Numbered from the whole stretch's first letter, positions 42,095 to 53,119 are shown. The stretch: 62,030 nucleotides of DNA, filler included, from Candidatus Coatesbacteria bacterium (GCA_016927185.1; 4 parts of 4 records of this genome joined end to end with filler, not necessarily neighbours in it); one strand, 5' to 3'. Notes: a model not told the origin generated them from the sequence alone. A program made the numbers and translations.

Positions 42095-42667
42095 TTATCT
42101 CGACAGATTGTGCTTATCATAAAGTGTATAGATAATTACTTCATCTCCTTTTTTCAAGGATGATTCAATACTATATGGTGTAGATCTTATTATAATATTA
42201 GAAAGCATATTGCTTTCTGTAAGAGCAGACTTACCCAGAAGGATTTTATTAATCTTGATTACTACTCGTCTTCTTTCAGCATCATTATCTAGTTCCAATC
42301 CTATTTCTTCTTTTGTCATTTTGTCTTTATATATGCTTCTACGACCTAGCAAAAACTTGATTTCATTTTCAACAATTGTTCCTGTGCAGACAATACGAGT
42401 TCCAGCTACAGCATTAGCAACAGAATACTCATTGAAAACATATCCACCTTCTTCATCCTTAGATTCCTTGTATTCTTGCTTATAACCAAGTTCTCTGAAT
42501 AATCTTTTTTTTATAAAGGAAAAGGTTTTCATTTTATATTTTATCTGATCCTCTTCCAAATTTTCCTTTATCCTGTCTGGCAGTTTTTTGTAGCTTTCCA
42601 AATCATCTACTGCATGAATACTTCCAAAACAAGACACCAAGATGATTAATAGTATCAGTCTATTCAT
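42095..42667 (-). CDS. Hypothetical exported protein
   Basis: Signal peptide from ATG 42667 (MNRLILLIILVSCFGSIHA); no recognised domain. Confidence 0.65.
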   Translation of the reverse strand: MNRLILLIILVSCFGSIHAVDDLESYKKLPDRIKENLEEDQIKYKMKTFSFIKKRLFRELGYKQEYKESKDEEGGYVFNEYSVANAVAGTRIVCTGTIVENEIKFLLGRRSIYKDKMTKEEIGLELDNDAERRRVVIKINKILLGKSALTESNMLSNIIIRSTPYSIESSLKKGDEVIIYTLYDKHNLSR

Positions 42668-42995
42668 TTTTTTCCCTTTTCGATATTGAATTATAAAATC
42701 ATTCAAATAATACAATTCACTGTTCTTAAAGAGATTTAATCTGCACAGGATTCACTTCTCATGTTTCCAAATCAAGCATAATCTTTAAAAACAAGAAAAA
42801 TAGTATTAAAATATAAATCAAGAAAGCCATTATAAAGAAGATTTCGTTTATTTTCAGGACTTCTATTTTCTCATGTCTATTTATGTTATTGTCATTCATT
42901 TTATCTTGACAAAAATCTTTAATAGTCAGTTGACAAAACCTATCATTATTTATTGATTTACTTGCCTGTACTTAATCAAAGGAGAATAATATATC

Positions 42996-43808
42996 ATGAT
43001 TAAATCCTTGTTTTTAATATTCTTTTTCCCGGTATTATTACTTGCAGAGATAATCTGTCCATATTGCAAACATAAGAATGAGGACGATGCAAAAGCCTGC
43101 TCTGGATGTGGTAAATGGCTTTATGTATTGCTGGAAGTAAAATCAGAACCTTCTCATGCAGAGGTCTATTTAAGTAATAAGGTAATTGGTTATACTCCTT
43201 TGAAACAGAATGTTCTTGTAGGCAAATATGATATGAGGATATATAAAATGGGTTATGTACCTGTCGAGGAAACAATTGACTTTCTTTATCAGACACAAAC
43301 TGATGAACTTAGGACAATTGAAAAAAGCTATAGTCTTGTCTTTAAAAGAGAACTGGATAAAAATCAGGGAAGATTCTACTTTGATTCTCAACCACAAAAA
43401 GCTGATCTTCATCTGGATGGTTATTCCATTGGAAATACTCCTTCAGTATCAAAAATGCTTGATCCTGGAAAGCACAAGATAAAGTTTATACTGGAACCTT
43501 ATGAAACATATGAAACAACAGTGAAATTGGAATCAGGAGTAGAACAGGATGTTTTCCATATTTTTGTTCCAAAGAAACAGAAGAAAAGTGGTTTCGTGAA
43601 AATCATGAAATATGGGGGAGCTACAATATTCCTGACAGGAGTTGGATTTGCTCTCGGGGCAGAGTCAAATTACAAAAAGTATACAAATGCACAACAGGTA
43701 GATGAAATAAAGGAATACTGGGATAAATATCAAAGCTTGAGAAATCCTGCTTTTGTATTTATTGGCTTCGGCCTGGCATCTTTTGGTACATCTTTCTTCT
43801 TGAAATAG
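42996..43808 (+). CDS. PEGA-domain protein with N-terminal zinc ribbon
   Basis: Signal peptide; CPYC...CSGC; two PEGA repeats (SEPSHAEVYL...GYTP; SQPQKADLHLDG...GNTP); hydrophobic Gly-rich C-terminal helices. Confidence 0.85.
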   Translation: MIKSLFLIFFFPVLLLAEIICPYCKHKNEDDAKACSGCGKWLYVLLEVKSEPSHAEVYLSNKVIGYTPLKQNVLVGKYDMRIYKMGYVPVEETIDFLYQTQTDELRTIEKSYSLVFKRELDKNQGRFYFDSQPQKADLHLDGYSIGNTPSVSKMLDPGKHKIKFILEPYETYETTVKLESGVEQDVFHIFVPKKQKKSGFVKIMKYGGATIFLTGVGFALGAESNYKKYTNAQQVDEIKEYWDKYQSLRNPAFVFIGFGLASFGTSFFLK

Positions 43809-43811
43809 TAT

Positions 43812-45302
43812 ATGAACGATATAAATCAGGGTATCTTGAAAGCTTCTAATGGAAGATACAAAACCATCCGCCTGATAGGAAAAGGTGGAATGGGAATAGT
43901 TTTCGAAGCAGAAGATACATATCTTTCAAGAACTGTCGCTATAAAACAGATCTTGCCCCAGTATGCAGATGACCAGGAATTCGTTGGATTTTTCTTCAGG
44001 GAAGCCAAACTACAGGCTCAGTTGAAACATCCCAATATAGTAAAAGTGCTGGATTTCAATCCGCAGGGAGATGCAATTTATTTCGTAATGGAATTGATAG
44101 AAGGTGTCTCGCTTGCCAGGATAATGAAGGAAAACAAACTTCCTTTCAGGATCATCTGTTGCATAATATCCCAGATAGCAGAAGCACTATCTTATGCTCA
44201 TCATGGTCCACTAAAGATGTTTCACAGAGACTTAAAACCTGCTAATATATTGATAAATAGCCAGGGATCATGCCTGATTACTGATTTCGGTTTGTCAAAA
44301 GCCTTGTCCAGCACAAAATTCACCAAATCAGGAGAAGTTCATGGTACCCCATCGTACATGTCACCCGAGCAAATAGATTCAAATCTTACTCAGGATCACA
44401 GGATAGACTGCTATGCTTTAGGAGTTATCACATATGAGCTTGTTACTGGAAAGCCTCCTTTTACTTCAGATTCTTATATGGCTTTGATGTACAAGCATGT
44501 ACATGAGAATCCCAAACCATTGAGTTTTCATGATTCTTCAGTTCCTGCCTGGTTTGAAAGCATGACCTTGAAATGTCTTGAAAAAGCACCTGAAAACAGA
44601 TTCAATGATCTCAAGGAAATCACGAATATAATAGATTACATGTTCCCCTTAAAAAAGGATTTCAACAGGGAACTTGGAGAATTAGTCCTGAAAAGCATGA
44701 ATAAGGAAGACAAGAAGACACTTCCTCCAAAATCACCTTCATTTGGCAAGTCAGTGCAAGTTTCAGAAAACCAGCATACAGTAAAAGAGGATATCCAGGA
44801 GGAAATAATCACGAGAATGGATCCCAGGCCTATTATCGATAGTATAAATGAAACAAGGGAAGTTTATCTGGGCAAGCGAAATAACTGGCTTTTGCCTGCA
44901 ATCATAGTTGTTCTAGTTGTAGTTTCAGCATATTTGCTGATAATATGGAAACCATGGCAAACTAGTTCAGTAAATCTTGATTATTTCGTCATGAATCTCA
45001 AGATACCAAATATTCCAATGCTGGAACAGAAGGAGACCAAGAAGACTGAGAATGAATCTGCAAACGAAGCAAAGAAAGATGAAAAGAAAAAGGATGAAAC
45101 AATTAAAAAGACCATAGAGAAAACGGCGCAGAAGCATGAAGTTCCTGTTGCTGCAAAACATGTATATGTTCCAGAGGAAAAGAAATCCCAGAAGGAATTT
45201 GCTTATAAAGTATGTCCCAAATGCGGCAAGAAGTATTTCAGGCAAGACGAAAAATTCTGCAATCAATGTCCTGGACAGCAGTTAATAACTGTTTATAAAT
45301 AG
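43812..45302 (+). CDS. Hanks-type Ser/Thr protein kinase, single TM, C-terminal zinc ribbon
   Basis: GKGGMG, VAIK, HRDLKPAN, DFG, GTPSYMSPEQ; TM WLLPAIIVVLVVVSAYLLII; CPKC...CNQC. Confidence 0.95.
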   Translation: MNDINQGILKASNGRYKTIRLIGKGGMGIVFEAEDTYLSRTVAIKQILPQYADDQEFVGFFFREAKLQAQLKHPNIVKVLDFNPQGDAIYFVMELIEGVSLARIMKENKLPFRIICCIISQIAEALSYAHHGPLKMFHRDLKPANILINSQGSCLITDFGLSKALSSTKFTKSGEVHGTPSYMSPEQIDSNLTQDHRIDCYALGVITYELVTGKPPFTSDSYMALMYKHVHENPKPLSFHDSSVPAWFESMTLKCLEKAPENRFNDLKEITNIIDYMFPLKKDFNRELGELVLKSMNKEDKKTLPPKSPSFGKSVQVSENQHTVKEDIQEEIITRMDPRPIIDSINETREVYLGKRNNWLLPAIIVVLVVVSAYLLIIWKPWQTSSVNLDYFVMNLKIPNIPMLEQKETKKTENESANEAKKDEKKKDETIKKTIEKTAQKHEVPVAAKHVYVPEEKKSQKEFAYKVCPKCGKKYFRQDEKFCNQCPGQQLITVYK

Positions 45303-45312
45303 GGAGTAAATT

Positions 45313-47751
45313 ATGCAAAAAAAGAACTTATTTAAATTATTACTAATTGTATTCCTTTCATTAATTCTGTTTACATGTGGTGAAAGGGATAATCCTTTTG
45401 ATCCTGATGGCAACAACTATAAAGGACCATATGACTTTCCAATACTGGAATATCCTGATTCTTCAGCAAATTACCGCGTAAATATGATTACCTTGAGCTG
45501 GAGACTGGGAAATCCTTCAGGCTGGAAAACCACTTATGATGTATATTTCGGGCTTGAGGGACACATGAAAAAAATAACCGAAAATATTGACAGTACAAGA
45601 TTTACAGTCAATGAACTTGCTGAAGATAAGAAGTATATCTGGCAGATAGTTGCTAACAGCCAGAGAGGAACAAGTGAAAAAAGCAATATATGGAGGTTTA
45701 CCACTAATAAATCACAGAATAAGTCTCCAAATCCTCCTCATGATCCATCCCCGGCGAATCATGCACAAAACATTCCGCTAGATACCAAACTTGCCTGGGA
45801 ATGTGAAGATCCAGATTCATTGCCAATGTTCTTGATTCCCGGGAAGGTAATTCTTAATTCAGCAAATCTTTTCAGGAAAAATTCAAAAGCTCTTAAGGAT
45901 TCCCTATGGTACTTTGTTTATTTTGGAAAAGAAAGCAATCCCACTTTCGCGGATAAGAGTGACTTTAAATACTATACACCTAAACAAAGACTAGAATACT
46001 CCACAAAATACTACTGGAAAATTGTTGCATATGATACTGGAGGGAACCAGACAGAAGGCCCAATATGGGATTTCACTACTATTCCTGACAGCAATAAATT
46101 ATGGATAAGAATAACTGAACCTGGAAACAGGGATACTACAGTTGATTCTTTGCTTGCAATAAGATGGGAATTCAATGCTCCAGGAAGTTCAAATCCAGTT
46201 GTCAGTTTGTATTATGACAAAGATGGAATAAAGAATGGTGATGAGGTTTCGATAAAAGAGAATATAAAGGCTAATGACAGATATTTTCTCTGGAATTGCA
46301 GAGGTGTGAATGAGGGAAGTTATTATATTCTTGCAATGCTGGATGATAACCTATTAGGTAAGCGCATTACCCGAATCAAGGTTGGAAATCAACAAAGAAT
46401 AAAATCTGCAAAACTAAAAAAACCTGATTCAGCATATGATTATTCAGATGCAAGAGTATTCATTAGCCATGATGAATACCAGCCTCCTACAATAAATGTA
46501 ACGCAACCATCGGCAGCTAACGACTCAGCGCTTGAGTATTATGATATAAGATGGGAATTCAAGTCAGATAAACCGGAAAGTACGTATGTTTCTCTGTACA
46601 CTGACAAAGATGATATTCCTGGTGGAGAAAGTCTGATTGCTGAGAATATAAAAGCAAGTGATCAGTTTTATAAATGGACTTGCGATACTATGTCAACAGA
46701 TACTCTTTACATCAAGGCAGTGATAGATGACGGACATACTCTTTATCAAAAAGGTATAATAAATATAGCAAGACAGGCAATTCACAGATTGAAATTGAGT
46801 ATTGCATATCCTGATACTTCATATGATTACTCTGACGGAAAACTGAAACTTATTCCAGGATTGTTGAAGACAATAGACAAACCTTATGGTAGTTTTTCTG
46901 TAAATTCTGTTAGCTTAAGCAAGGATTATCTCTTGGCTGGAGGTAATAGTAATATAGTAAAACGATGGCATTTACCTGATTTCGTTCCAGTAAATGATTA
47001 TCAAGGTCACAAACAATCAGTGAATTCTGTGAAAATATTTGATGATGGAAATAGAGGACTTTCCGGTTCAGGTGATAGCAAAATGATATATTGGGATTTC
47101 AATTCAGGAAATAAAACAAGAGAATTCGATCAAACAAGCTCCATAAGATCAATAAGCTTGTTCAAAGACCAGAATTTTGCATTGTCTGCAGGAGACGCTG
47201 GTATCTTGAAATACTGGGATCTGAACACAGGAGAATGCTTAAAAGCAAAACTTGTTGATGCAAGATATGTCAATGCTTGTGAATTCACGTTGGTTTCTAA
47301 TTATGCATTAACAGCTGGATCAGACAATGATGTCAAATTATGGAATCTTGGTGACAACAGTGTTCTTCCAACAGCAACATTTACAGGTCATAGAGGTGAA
47401 GTGAGATGTATTTGTCTTAACAGAGCTTCTGCAGGGAATTACTTTGCTACATCCAGCAATGACAGCACCATCAGATACTGGAGAACAAGCCAGACAACGC
47501 CTATTTTCACTATCGAAAAAGCACATAATGCATCCATTCTGTCAATATCAATATCCCTAGATGGTAACTATCTTATTTCCGGTGGAAAGGATAACTGTGT
47601 TAAATACTGGGATTTGACAAACCAAGAGCTAATTATTACATTTACAGGACACGAATCTTCTGTCAAAACTGTGGATCTTACTCCCAAAAGGTTTTTTGCA
47701 GTTTCTGGAGGTGATGATCAAACCATCAGATTCTGGAGGTTACCAAGGTAA
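45313..47751 (+). CDS. Lipoprotein with FN3/Ig-like domains and C-terminal WD40 propeller
   Basis: Lipobox LFTC followed by ERDNPFDP; YDVYFG/YYWKIVA FN3-like units; duplicated WEF...YDYSD domain; about 7 GH...WD repeats. Confidence 0.88.
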   Translation: MQKKNLFKLLLIVFLSLILFTCGERDNPFDPDGNNYKGPYDFPILEYPDSSANYRVNMITLSWRLGNPSGWKTTYDVYFGLEGHMKKITENIDSTRFTVNELAEDKKYIWQIVANSQRGTSEKSNIWRFTTNKSQNKSPNPPHDPSPANHAQNIPLDTKLAWECEDPDSLPMFLIPGKVILNSANLFRKNSKALKDSLWYFVYFGKESNPTFADKSDFKYYTPKQRLEYSTKYYWKIVAYDTGGNQTEGPIWDFTTIPDSNKLWIRITEPGNRDTTVDSLLAIRWEFNAPGSSNPVVSLYYDKDGIKNGDEVSIKENIKANDRYFLWNCRGVNEGSYYILAMLDDNLLGKRITRIKVGNQQRIKSAKLKKPDSAYDYSDARVFISHDEYQPPTINVTQPSAANDSALEYYDIRWEFKSDKPESTYVSLYTDKDDIPGGESLIAENIKASDQFYKWTCDTMSTDTLYIKAVIDDGHTLYQKGIINIARQAIHRLKLSIAYPDTSYDYSDGKLKLIPGLLKTIDKPYGSFSVNSVSLSKDYLLAGGNSNIVKRWHLPDFVPVNDYQGHKQSVNSVKIFDDGNRGLSGSGDSKMIYWDFNSGNKTREFDQTSSIRSISLFKDQNFALSAGDAGILKYWDLNTGECLKAKLVDARYVNACEFTLVSNYALTAGSDNDVKLWNLGDNSVLPTATFTGHRGEVRCICLNRASAGNYFATSSNDSTIRYWRTSQTTPIFTIEKAHNASILSISISLDGNYLISGGKDNCVKYWDLTNQELIITFTGHESSVKTVDLTPKRFFAVSGGDDQTIRFWRLPR

Positions 47752-47880
47752 TAATCATAGATTCTGCAATATGCAAACAGCATTTAGAGAATCTTATACA
47801 TGCTATTCCATAAGGATTTGTTATAATTTTCTCAATAATGACAAGATCAGGACTAAGTTATAAATTCAAGGAGGTTGATT

Positions 47881-50454
47881 GTGAAATATAGCATTATCAT
47901 TTTACTTGTCTTTTTTTGTATCTTGAATGCAATTCCAGATAAGACTTTGAAATGGACAGATCCTCTGGGAAGAAAACCTTTATCATATAATTCCTTTCTG
48001 AGTAATCACTCCAGATTATTGAAAACCGGTTATCCAACATATTTATCACCAAAATCTGACAAGAGAGCAGATGGTTTGCTTGTCTTGGTGATAGCTGATT
48101 ATTTACAATCTCCCCTGGCAACAGAATTGAATACTTTCAAGGCCGATCTTGAAAATGAGGGATATACGGTTCAGACTATAATCTGGACAGGAGGAGATGC
48201 AGAAGAATTGCGAGCTCAAATTGCTTCTTATCTATCCTCAAATCTTGAAGGGGCAATTCTGATAGGTGAATTACCTGTAGCATGGTACAGGGAAGATAAC
48301 GAAGAATTCCCTATTGAATTGTTTTATACTGATTTGAATGGAGTCTGGACGGATTCAAATAGTGACGGGATTTATGATAAACATACTGGAGATGTAACTC
48401 CAGAAATCTGGACGGGAAGATTATGGTCTGCAAATCTTACTTGGGGAGATGAAATACAATTATTGAAAGATTATTTTCTGAAAAATCATGCATACAGGAC
48501 AGGGGATTTGAAACTGCCTTACAAGGCAATCTTGATGATAGATGATGACTGGCATGACTGGGCAGGACCTGATGCGGAAGAAGGAATGAGTTATCTTTAT
48601 GGGGCATCTAATCTTAAGGTATGTAAATCAGGGAATAACTATAATGCGGCAAGGTGGAAAGCTGAGCTTTCAGAAGGATATGAATGGGCAATGATCATGG
48701 CTCATAGCTGTCCATGGCTTCACACATTCAGAGCAAACAATACTTCATACAAGGGAAGCGTGACTAATGTAGAAATCTTCAATCTTCATCCAAAAGCTTT
48801 CTTTTATAATCTGTTTGCATGTTCAAATGTCAGATTTGTAGAAAATGATTGCCTTGGAAACTGGTATATCTTTGGTGAGGAATATGGTTTGGTTGCAGTA
48901 GGAGCAGCTAAGTCAGGTTCAATGCTTGAATTCCAGGATTTTTTTGCAGAAATTGCTGACAATCAGCCATTTGGAGAATCCTTCAAAAACTGGGCAATAA
49001 AGTATAATGAAGAATCAAGAGAGTGGTTTTACGGGAATGCAATACTTGGGGATCCAACACTTGTATATAAAAATAATGGCAAAATGGGAAGATATAAATG
49101 TAGTACAGGCAGCAAGGCGAAACATAATTTTTCCTGGAGTGAACCAGTAAGGATAACTTCACATGCAAGCAGTGATGCGAATCCTGTCTGGGGATTAACA
49201 AATGAAGGAAAACCAATGCTGATTTGGGAATCAGGAAGGGAAGTAAGGGCTGATTTATATTATTCAATCCTGGAAAATGGAACATGGTCGTCTGATAATC
49301 CAGTTTATCTATCTGAATACTGGTCAGTAAAGCCTGCGATAGCCTGTAAAAATGGGCAAAACCCTGCATTGATCTGGTCTCAATATAATGCAAGCAACTC
49401 AAGTTATGATCTTGCTACAAAGACATATACAAACAGATGGTCAGCATCAGCAAGTTTCATAGAAACCGCTCGCGGTTATGATCTTTATCCTAAAGCTTTG
49501 TTTGACGATAATAATGATATACACCTTGTATGGGTTACATACAGAAAAGGTACAGGCAGTATTGCTTACAAAAAAAGAAATGGCACTTCATGGGGAAGCA
49601 TGTCTTTTCTGACCTCAGCCAATGATATATGCAAAAATCCCTTTCTTTTCCTGCATAATAACAAACCGATTTTATGCTTCATTAATAATAACAAGGTTCA
49701 TATCAGAGTATATAACAATGACAGCTGGGATAGTGAAGAGCAGATTCCTTTTCCAGCTAATTCAAGATACAAGGAACCAGTTGGAATTTCACTACCGAGT
49801 GGAAAAATCATGATAATTGTGAAGTCATTAGGAACTGATGGAACAGAACTATATGCAATAGAAGGACTTCCTCATACCTGGAATCAATCTTACAAGATAA
49901 CTGATAATTTCTTGAATCCAACAGATATTGATATTGTGAGAGATGGTGAATTTGTTCATTTGATATTCGGAAGGAAAATGCATGGAAATGAGCATTTTAT
50001 TACAACATGGACTGATGGAAGAGGGTTTTCTTCTCCAGATACCCTTATTTTACCTTATAATGGCTCATGTCCAAAACTATTCAAGGAAAACAACAGACTA
50101 TTCATAGCATTTCATGGTGAGCAAGACAGCAATCTTGATATCTATGTAATAAGTACGGAATCATCTGGTTTCAAGTACAGGAATACAGGAAAATTCATGC
50201 CAGAGTGTTTTATCGGGATGCCATTTCCAAATCCTTCATCTGTATCAGTTAAAATCAAGTATAATGATATAAAACCTGATACTCCGGTGAACATTTACGA
50301 TATTTCAGGAAGGCTGGTCTATTCAGATAAAATAACGGGAAAAACAGGCATCTGGGAATGGAGTTTTAAAGATAAAAACAACTGCAGTTTATCAGATGGA
50401 GTTTATATAATCAAGTTTGATAATATCATCAGAAAGGTTGTTAAATCGGAATAG
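47881..50454 (+). CDS. Secreted peptidase C25 (gingipain-like) protein with T9SS-like CTD
   Basis: SD AAGGAGG then GTG 47881; LIGELP, YTDLNG, PEIWTGR, His (AHS) and Cys (FACS) dyad, ILGDPTL; FPNP...IYDISGRLV...DGVYII CTD. Confidence 0.8.
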   Translation: MKYSIIILLVFFCILNAIPDKTLKWTDPLGRKPLSYNSFLSNHSRLLKTGYPTYLSPKSDKRADGLLVLVIADYLQSPLATELNTFKADLENEGYTVQTIIWTGGDAEELRAQIASYLSSNLEGAILIGELPVAWYREDNEEFPIELFYTDLNGVWTDSNSDGIYDKHTGDVTPEIWTGRLWSANLTWGDEIQLLKDYFLKNHAYRTGDLKLPYKAILMIDDDWHDWAGPDAEEGMSYLYGASNLKVCKSGNNYNAARWKAELSEGYEWAMIMAHSCPWLHTFRANNTSYKGSVTNVEIFNLHPKAFFYNLFACSNVRFVENDCLGNWYIFGEEYGLVAVGAAKSGSMLEFQDFFAEIADNQPFGESFKNWAIKYNEESREWFYGNAILGDPTLVYKNNGKMGRYKCSTGSKAKHNFSWSEPVRITSHASSDANPVWGLTNEGKPMLIWESGREVRADLYYSILENGTWSSDNPVYLSEYWSVKPAIACKNGQNPALIWSQYNASNSSYDLATKTYTNRWSASASFIETARGYDLYPKALFDDNNDIHLVWVTYRKGTGSIAYKKRNGTSWGSMSFLTSANDICKNPFLFLHNNKPILCFINNNKVHIRVYNNDSWDSEEQIPFPANSRYKEPVGISLPSGKIMIIVKSLGTDGTELYAIEGLPHTWNQSYKITDNFLNPTDIDIVRDGEFVHLIFGRKMHGNEHFITTWTDGRGFSSPDTLILPYNGSCPKLFKENNRLFIAFHGEQDSNLDIYVISTESSGFKYRNTGKFMPECFIGMPFPNPSSVSVKIKYNDIKPDTPVNIYDISGRLVYSDKITGKTGIWEWSFKDKNNCSLSDGVYIIKFDNIIRKVVKSE

Positions 50455-50478
50455 GAAAAAGTAAGGTTTTCGTAAAAA

Positions 50479-51192
50479 TCAATCGCTGAATTTAAGCACA
50501 CAGCCTTTCTTTTTCTCGGCATGCTTGTGTTCTATTACTATGAACCAGGTAGAACATAGATTTTTTATTACTGGCAAGAAAGGTGCTATTTTGTTTACAA
50601 AATCGCTTACCAAAGGTATTTCCTTTGGAATAAGCATCATTCTTCCATGCCTGACAACTTCAAGATTATTATCTTCAACTATCTTCCTTATTCTGCCTGA
50701 TGACTGGAATTTGTGATCCCCTTCAGGCATCTTGAGAGACAATCTTTCGCTTATCCAGAAAATTGGCTCCCAGAAAGGATTGACGCTTGTCAGGATACAT
50801 TGTCCATTTTCTGAAAGCAAATCTGGAACACATGATATCATTTTAGCTACATCAGGTACATGATCAATTATATCAACCATTATAATATATTGGAATTTCT
50901 TTCCTAAAATCATTCTCTGTGCATCAGCTCTTAAAAATAAAAGTTCAGGAAATTTCTGTCTTGCCTTTTTAAGCATTTCGCTGGAATAGTCGATACCTAC
51001 TCCTAATGAAGGCTTGACGCAATTCAATAAAGTTCCTGTACCGCATCCAACATCAAGTACCTCTGAGCCGGGAGGAATTATTCCTGACAAAACCTTCTGA
51101 ATGCCTGAATAATAGTAATCAGCTTTATTCTTCCAGTAATCATAATCTTTAGCTATTTTGTCGAAATGCTTCCCTATTTGTTCTGCCTTCAT
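50479..51192 (-). CDS. Class I SAM-dependent methyltransferase
   Basis: VLDVGCGTG, GIDYS. Confidence 0.9.
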   Translation of the reverse strand: MKAEQIGKHFDKIAKDYDYWKNKADYYYSGIQKVLSGIIPPGSEVLDVGCGTGTLLNCVKPSLGVGIDYSSEMLKKARQKFPELLFLRADAQRMILGKKFQYIIMVDIIDHVPDVAKMISCVPDLLSENGQCILTSVNPFWEPIFWISERLSLKMPEGDHKFQSSGRIRKIVEDNNLEVVRHGRMMLIPKEIPLVSDFVNKIAPFLPVIKNLCSTWFIVIEHKHAEKKKGCVLKFSD

Positions 51193-52922
51193 TATTCCGC
51201 TTCTAGTGATGTAGTTACCTTTAACAATTCCTGAAATGTAGTAATTCCATTCAAAACCTTAGATTTCCCATCTATAAACAAAGCTCTGAAATTATTATCT
51301 TTTGCTATCTTGAATAAATCTTCAGTTGTCGCTTTTGCATGAATAGCTTTTCTGAATACAAGATTTGGAGTTAATACTTCAAATATGCCAATTCTACCAA
51401 AAAAACCTGTATGACGGCACAGAGAACAGCCTTTCCCTTTATATAGCTTGTCTGTCTTAATCTGATGGAATTCAAGTAATTCCCTTTCCTCTCCATCAGG
51501 AGAATATTCTTGCTTGCAATGTGGGCAGATTGTCCTGACAAGTCTCTGTGAAATCGCCCCCACTATCGTTGATGACAGGAGATAGCTCTCTACCCCCATA
51601 TCAAGTAATCGCGTTATGCTTGATACTGCAGTGTTGGTGTGGATGGAAGAAAGAACAAGATGACCAGTTAAAGCAGCTCTTATTGCAGACTGTGCAGTCT
51701 CTGTATCCCTGATCTCTCCTATCATTATTATATCGGGATCTTGCCTTAATATGGTTCTTATTACTGAAGCAAAGGTTATCCCTATATTTGGTCTGACTGC
51801 AATCTGATTGAAATCCCCATATACGAATTCAATAGGATCTTCAACAGTGACAATGTTTTTTTCAGGGCTTGACAGGTATTGAAGAGCAGAATATAAAGTT
51901 GTCGTTTTTCCAGCACCTGTTGGACCGCATACAAGTATAATTCCATAACTGTATTTGAGAAAGGATTCCAGTGAAGACAGGTCTTCTTCATTAAGCCCTA
52001 GTTCTCTTATATTTGTAACAAAAATCTCTGGATTTAGCAGACGCAATACAACTTTTTCGCCAAAAGCTACAGGTACAGTGCTTACACGAATTTCAACCTC
52101 ATTCTCCTTATGGTTTGTCTTGAATCTGCCGTCCTGAGGTTCTCTTTTCAAGGTTATGTCAAGACCTGCCATTATCTTGATTCTCGATATAATAGGATTA
52201 AGAATGATCTTCGGCAAGACATGAATATCATGCAAAACACCGTCAATGCGAAATCTTATCAGGATTGATTCCCTTTTCGGTTCTATATGAATATCACTAG
52301 CTCTTTGTGTAAATGCCATCTGCATTATCTGATTGACTGTTTTTACAATCGGCTGGTCTGTTGGTTCAAGGTGGCCAGTTACTTTAGAGTGGACATAGTG
52401 CTCAAGGTTTCCAAGGTCGATTTCATTATTGGTAAACTGTTTTTCAGCAGCCTTCACACTGCTTTTAAGTCCATAGAAATGCATTATTATTTGCTCTAGA
52501 TTTGTTTCAGTACATATAACAACTTTTACATCCTTGCCAGTCAGGAATGCCAAATCATCAAGAGGAGTTCTGTCCCAAAGATTTGCGGTAGCAATCTGTA
52601 TTGACTTGTCATCAGAATCCAGGGTAATCATCTTATGTTTTTTTGCAAACTGTGCAGGTATTGTTTTTGTTATTATTTCTATATCAAGGTCCAGGGGATC
52701 TATTATCACGAATGGCAGATTAAGATAGTGCGCAAGACCTCTCATGAGTTTTTCCTCAGTAATCACCTTTGATTGCAAAATCACCTGAAGGAAAGTATCT
52801 TCAGTGAATTGTGACTGTCTCTTTATCTTGTCCAGAGATTCCCTGTCAAGAATTCCCAGATTGAAAAGTATATTTGGTACTTCTTCTTCCCTGATAGTTC
52901 TGTATAAAGGATCTATTTGCAT
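51192..52922 (-). CDS. GspE/PilB family assembly ATPase
   Basis: RASDIHIEP, GPTGAGKTTT, EDPIE, LRQDPD, TGHLVLSSIH, CPHC...CSLC. Confidence 0.93.
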   Translation of the reverse strand: MQIDPLYRTIREEEVPNILFNLGILDRESLDKIKRQSQFTEDTFLQVILQSKVITEEKLMRGLAHYLNLPFVIIDPLDLDIEIITKTIPAQFAKKHKMITLDSDDKSIQIATANLWDRTPLDDLAFLTGKDVKVVICTETNLEQIIMHFYGLKSSVKAAEKQFTNNEIDLGNLEHYVHSKVTGHLEPTDQPIVKTVNQIMQMAFTQRASDIHIEPKRESILIRFRIDGVLHDIHVLPKIILNPIISRIKIMAGLDITLKREPQDGRFKTNHKENEVEIRVSTVPVAFGEKVVLRLLNPEIFVTNIRELGLNEEDLSSLESFLKYSYGIILVCGPTGAGKTTTLYSALQYLSSPEKNIVTVEDPIEFVYGDFNQIAVRPNIGITFASVIRTILRQDPDIIMIGEIRDTETAQSAIRAALTGHLVLSSIHTNTAVSSITRLLDMGVESYLLSSTIVGAISQRLVRTICPHCKQEYSPDGEERELLEFHQIKTDKLYKGKGCSLCRHTGFFGRIGIFEVLTPNLVFRKAIHAKATTEDLFKIAKDNNFRALFIDGKSKVLNGITTFQELLKVTTSLEAE

Positions 52923-53119
52923 TTTCTTTTAATCTTTCTGTAAAGTATTCTTAAAAAAACCGTTATCAAAATTATTGTAAGGGAATGAGCCCATACTTGA
53001 TTAAGAGCTTCCTCATGAAGCCAAGGTGAAGTATAAAACTGGGCAAGTCCATGAAAAGGATCTGTTTCCTTGTCTTTCAAGATTCTTCCAGATCTTACAT
53101 CCTCAGCATATAGCTTCAT
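52913..53119 (-). CDS. Small hypothetical membrane protein
   Basis: ATGA overlap with the cyclophilin stop and 10-nt overlap with the ATPase start; one C-terminal TM helix. Confidence 0.5.
   Translation of the reverse strand: MKLYAEDVRSGRILKDKETDPFHGLAQFYTSPWLHEEALNQVWAHSLTIILITVFLRILYRKIKRKCK

Noticed and set aside
47881-50454. PorU, the T9SS sortase
   Set aside because: The C25 domain starts near the N-terminus, the protein is shorter than typical PorU and no porV is adjacent; more likely a cargo peptidase.
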